DNA of 64,000 bases from an uncultured Bacteroidota bacterium. Lineage in GTDB: Bacteria; Bacteroidota; Ignavibacteria; UBA10030; UBA6906. A program made the position numbers and the translations under genes. The stretch lies in assembly GCA_963700635.1 (NCBI GenBank), contig CAVOYH010000004.1, positions 928,001 through 992,000 on the forward strand. Reading direction: 5' to 3'. The number at the start of each line of letters is the position of its first letter. Positions within the stretch are counted from its first letter, which is position 1. Positions 60,732 to 64,000 of the stretch are shown here, in pieces. Below the pieces are notes generated by a model that was given only the letters and a program-made list of their open reading frames with translations, was not told the DNA's origin and ran no database searches.

Positions 60732-61535
60732 ATGATTTCCGTTCTCCGCTCTCTCTGGGTGTGGATCGCTGTCGTGGCGTTGATCGCCATCTGGCTGCCG
60801 CTTCTGGCCCTCGTACGGCTCTTTGACCGGGATGAACTCCATTACCGCACGGGCAGGTGGTTCCGGAGGCTCGGCGTTGCCATGACAAAAGCAAATCCGT
60901 TCTGGCGGCTTCACGTCACAGGCTACCGGGTCCCCCGGGAACGTCAGGCATTTGTGGTCGTGAGCAATCACCAGTCACTTGCCGACATCCCTCTCATCTC
61001 ACATATTCCATGGGAAATGAAGTGGGTGGCAAAGATTGAGCTCTTCAGGGTGCCGATAATGGGATGGATGATGAGCCTGGCGGGAGATATCCCTGTGGAA
61101 CGCACGGACGCGCGCAGCGGGGCGCGGGCGCTGATAAAGGCGGCGCGATGCCTCGACCAGCGTTGCCCTGTCATGATGTTTCCCGAGGGGACACGCTCAC
61201 CTGACGGGCGTGTGGGCAGGTTTACAGACGGGGCCTTCCATCTCGCCATCCGGACACAGGTCCCCGTCCTGCCCGTGGTGGTTGAGGGTTCATTTGACGC
61301 GCTCCCGAAGCACAGCTGGCGTTTCGGGTCGCCGAGAGAGATCCAAATTCATCTGCTCGAGCCGATCTCCAGCGCAGACTACGGACCGGGACAGGTAGGG
61401 GAATTACGCGACCACGTTCGCGGGGCCATCATGGAAACGCTGAGCGCCTGGCGTGGGGTAACGCCTGACCATGTTGACGCGCTTATTCCGCTTGACAAAG
61501 AAGCGGTCGTTTCCCGGATTACAGATGGGGCGTAA
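60732..61535 (+). CDS. 1-acyl-sn-glycerol-3-phosphate acyltransferase (PlsC family)
   Basis: NHQSLAD, AKIELF and FPEGTRS. Confidence 0.92.
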   Translation: MISVLRSLWVWIAVVALIAIWLPLLALVRLFDRDELHYRTGRWFRRLGVAMTKANPFWRLHVTGYRVPRERQAFVVVSNHQSLADIPLISHIPWEMKWVAKIELFRVPIMGWMMSLAGDIPVERTDARSGARALIKAARCLDQRCPVMMFPEGTRSPDGRVGRFTDGAFHLAIRTQVPVLPVVVEGSFDALPKHSWRFGSPREIQIHLLEPISSADYGPGQVGELRDHVRGAIMETLSAWRGVTPDHVDALIPLDKEAVVSRITDGA

Positions 61536-61839
61536 TCTTTTCGAGAAGGTTCCGTTTCGGGACCGCACCAATAATCTGCTCCACGACTTTCCCGCCCTTA
61601 AAGACCATCAGCGTAGGGATACTCCGGATACTGAAGCGCATTGAAGTTTCCGGATTATTGTCCACATCCAGCTTTGTCACCTTCAGTTTACCCTTCTGCT
61701 CCTCCGCGATCTCCTCGACAACGGGAGCGATCATCTTGCAGGGACCGCACCAGACGGCCCAGAAATCCACAAGCACGGGGATATCCGACTTCAGAACTTC
61801 CGTCTCGAACGAGCTATCATTAACTTCAAGTGGTTTCAT
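61519..61839 (-). CDS. trxA: Thioredoxin
   Basis: VDFWAVWCGPCK and IRSIPT. Confidence 0.97.
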   Translation of the reverse strand: MKPLEVNDSSFETEVLKSDIPVLVDFWAVWCGPCKMIAPVVEEIAEEQKGKLKVTKLDVDNNPETSMRFSIRSIPTLMVFKGGKVVEQIIGAVPKRNLLEKITPHL

Positions 61840-64000
61840 CCAGGTTCCCCGTTTTGTTGATGTGTTTTGCTATACTCTCCAACGAACCGAACACTTTCCG
61901 CCCCCAGCACGCGGGTGACGGCTTCCTGAAAACGAATATTCGGTTCGATGGTGTAACGTGGTGCCGAGAAGAGACGAGGGCTCGACAATCCCAGAACACT
62001 TATGTAACACGGGCAGTTCCCCCGGTGCTGCTCGAGCAGAGACCGGAGATCCAGGATCGTCTGTTCCCTGACGTGATCGACATTCATCGAGAGAATCACA
62101 CCCCGCGCAAACTTCTCCCGCACCTTTTCCATGGGGTACACTTCGTTCACGACGATCCGTAATTCGTCCCCGTTCACCTCCCCCTTCCCCACGACCATGA
62201 CCATGGCATCGGGCTGCAGGACCTGCTGATATTTTGCAAACGGATCCGAGAAGAGGATGCAGTCCCCCTTCCCGCTGAAATCTTCGATGGTGATAAACGC
62301 CATGGCCTTGTTACGTTTGTCCGTTTTGGGCCTGATAGCCGTGACGATGCCGCATGCACGGACGGCGGAAAGGTTCTTGAATCCCGTCGGATCACCCAGG
62401 CGCACGGTCGCAAACTCGTTTACCTCATGTTCAAAACGCAGCAGAGGATGTCCGGAGGCATACAATCCGAGCGACGATTTCTCGCGTGTGAGCTTTTCCA
62501 TTTCGTTCCACGGTGCCACATCGGTCGCCGACGGGAACCGGACCTGGTTCCGCGCGGAAGAACCCGGAGTGTCAAATAACGACTCCTGGCCTCTTGCGTG
62601 CTGGGTCTGCATGCTTTGCCCGTACTGCATTGCCCGCTCGATACTCTCGAACAGCTGGGCCCTGTGTCCGCCCGTTGAATCAAAGGCGCCCGCCTGGACC
62701 AGTCCCTCAAGGCACTTCTTGTTCACGAGCCGCAGATCTACGCGTTTGCAGAAGTCGAACAGCGTCGCAAACGGTCCCCCCTCCGACCTGGCAGCGACCA
62801 CGTTCGCGATGGCATTTTCACCCACATTTTTGATGGCCACGAGGCCGAACCGGATGACACCATGATGCACTGCGAAGTCTTTGTCACTCTCGTTAACGTC
62901 CGGGGGCAACACCTGGATGCCGGATCTGCGGCAATCCTCGATGAGCGACACAATCTTGTCGGTGTTCCCGATTTCCGAGGAGAGTGTGGCGGCCATATAC
63001 TCGGCAGGATAATGAGCCTTGAGATACGCCGTCTGATATGCGATAATGGAATAGGCGACACTGTGAGACTTGTTGAATCCGTACTTTGCAAATTTTTCGA
63101 TAAGATCAAAAATGTCTTCCGCGCTCCTGCGCGGGACGGCCTTCTGGATCGCGCCTTCGACGAACTCCTTTTTCATGTCCGTCATCAGCTTCGCATCCTT
63201 TTTTCCCATCGCCCGGCGCATAAGATCCGCTCTGGCGAGTGAAAAGCCCGCGACTTCACTCGCGATCTTCATCACCTGTTCCTGATAGACAATAACCCCG
63301 TAGGTTTCTTTCAGGATGGGGTCCAACAGCGAGTGCAACGAGGTGATCTGCTGTGTCCCGTGCTTCCGGGAGATAAAATCTCCGATCATTTCCATGGGGC
63401 CGGGGCGATACAGGGCGTTCATCGCCACAAGATCGCTGATGCACGTGGGTTTCAGTTTGCGCAGCCAGTCGCGCATGCCCGCACTTTCAAACTGAAATAC
63501 TGCGACGGTGTCTCCCCGGGCGAACAGGGCAAATGTTACGGCGTCGTCTTCCGGCAGCTCATCCAGGCAGATCTCCAGCCCGTGGTTTTGCCGGACGAGC
63601 CGCAGGGCGTTCTCCATCACCGACAGGGTGCGCAGGCCCAGGAAGTCCATCTTAAGCAAACCCGCCGCTTCGAGGTCCTTCATGTTGTATTGCGTCATGA
63701 CCTCGGTCTGCGGAGTCTTGTACAGGGGCACGTAATCCGAGATACTGCCGGGTGCAATAACAACACCGGCCGCATGCATGCCGGCATTCCGGTTCAGCCC
63801 TTCGAGCGTGAGCGATACATCCACGAGCGTCCGGATCTTCGGATCATCACTGTCCTTTATCCACTTCAGTTCCGGAATACTGTCAATCGCCTCGCGTAGC
63901 GGCCTGACCTTTCCCTGTTCGACCGGGATCTGTTTTGTAATGGATTCGATTGTGCTCAGCGCAATGCCGAGCACCCGTCCGACATCTTTGAGAACCGCGC
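61836..64000 (-). CDS. dnaE: DNA polymerase III alpha subunit, C-terminal part (5' end outside the window)
   Basis: HAAGVVI, GLLKMDFLGL, ALYRPGP, YQEQVM, YGFNKSH and a C-terminal OB fold. Confidence 0.97.
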   Translation of the reverse strand, partial: AVLKDVGRVLGIALSTIESITKQIPVEQGKVRPLREAIDSIPELKWIKDSDDPKIRTLVDVSLTLEGLNRNAGMHAAGVVIAPGSISDYVPLYKTPQTEVMTQYNMKDLEAAGLLKMDFLGLRTLSVMENALRLVRQNHGLEICLDELPEDDAVTFALFARGDTVAVFQFESAGMRDWLRKLKPTCISDLVAMNALYRPGPMEMIGDFISRKHGTQQITSLHSLLDPILKETYGVIVYQEQVMKIASEVAGFSLARADLMRRAMGKKDAKLMTDMKKEFVEGAIQKAVPRRSAEDIFDLIEKFAKYGFNKSHSVAYSIIAYQTAYLKAHYPAEYMAATLSSEIGNTDKIVSLIEDCRRSGIQVLPPDVNESDKDFAVHHGVIRFGLVAIKNVGENAIANVVAARSEGGPFATLFDFCKRVDLRLVNKKCLEGLVQAGAFDSTGGHRAQLFESIERAMQYGQSMQTQHARGQESLFDTPGSSARNQVRFPSATDVAPWNEMEKLTREKSSLGLYASGHPLLRFEHEVNEFATVRLGDPTGFKNLSAVRACGIVTAIRPKTDKRNKAMAFITIEDFSGKGDCILFSDPFAKYQQVLQPDAMVMVVGKGEVNGDELRIVVNEVYPMEKVREKFARGVILSMNVDHVREQTILDLRSLLEQHRGNCPCYISVLGLSSPRLFSAPRYTIEPNIRFQEAVTRVLGAESVRFVGEYSKTHQQNGEPG

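Overview
64-kb window of a GC-rich bacterial chromosome. It is most likely Ignavibacteria-like/Bacteroidota (inference from T9SS C-terminal sorting domains, TAnnTTTG-type promoter elements, Cys-type CcmE and BshB1). Almost all genes lie on the minus strand. Bases 1-13.6 kb, downstream of tRNA-Lys(CTT), look accessory. They carry a partial URO-D/MtaA-like gene and a T9SS-secreted M6 metalloprotease with three tandem ~120-aa beta-rich repeats, next to a beta-propeller sensor kinase/NarL regulator pair. They also carry a stress-type cluster (DUF748-like, DUF3185, lmo0937 remnant, DUF4398-OmpA, DUF4398, orphan LuxR regulator, CsbD) in which two promoters share a 30-bp motif. The rest is mostly housekeeping: secG, ribE/ribD, phoBR-like pair, dxs, xseAB, bshB1, ccmABCDEF, bamD, capA, lolCDE, prfB (programmed frameshift), atuA-like pair, aspS, HEAT-cyclophilin, glnA, aminotransferase, pckA, DUF853, yceI, epimerase, Ca-type P-ATPase, htpX, plsC, trxA and partial dnaE. 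The best novelty candidates are (1) an ~85-nt structured RNA with its own promoter, terminator and C-rich loops at 35.64-35.72 kb, (2) the shared-motif stress regulon, (3) the triple-repeat M6 protease and (4) a membrane protein-DUF1028-TPR fusion. Several core genes carry single-base frameshifts that look like long-read consensus errors. No integrase, transposase, CRISPR array or rRNA was seen. All family calls come from motif recognition by eye; no database searches were run.
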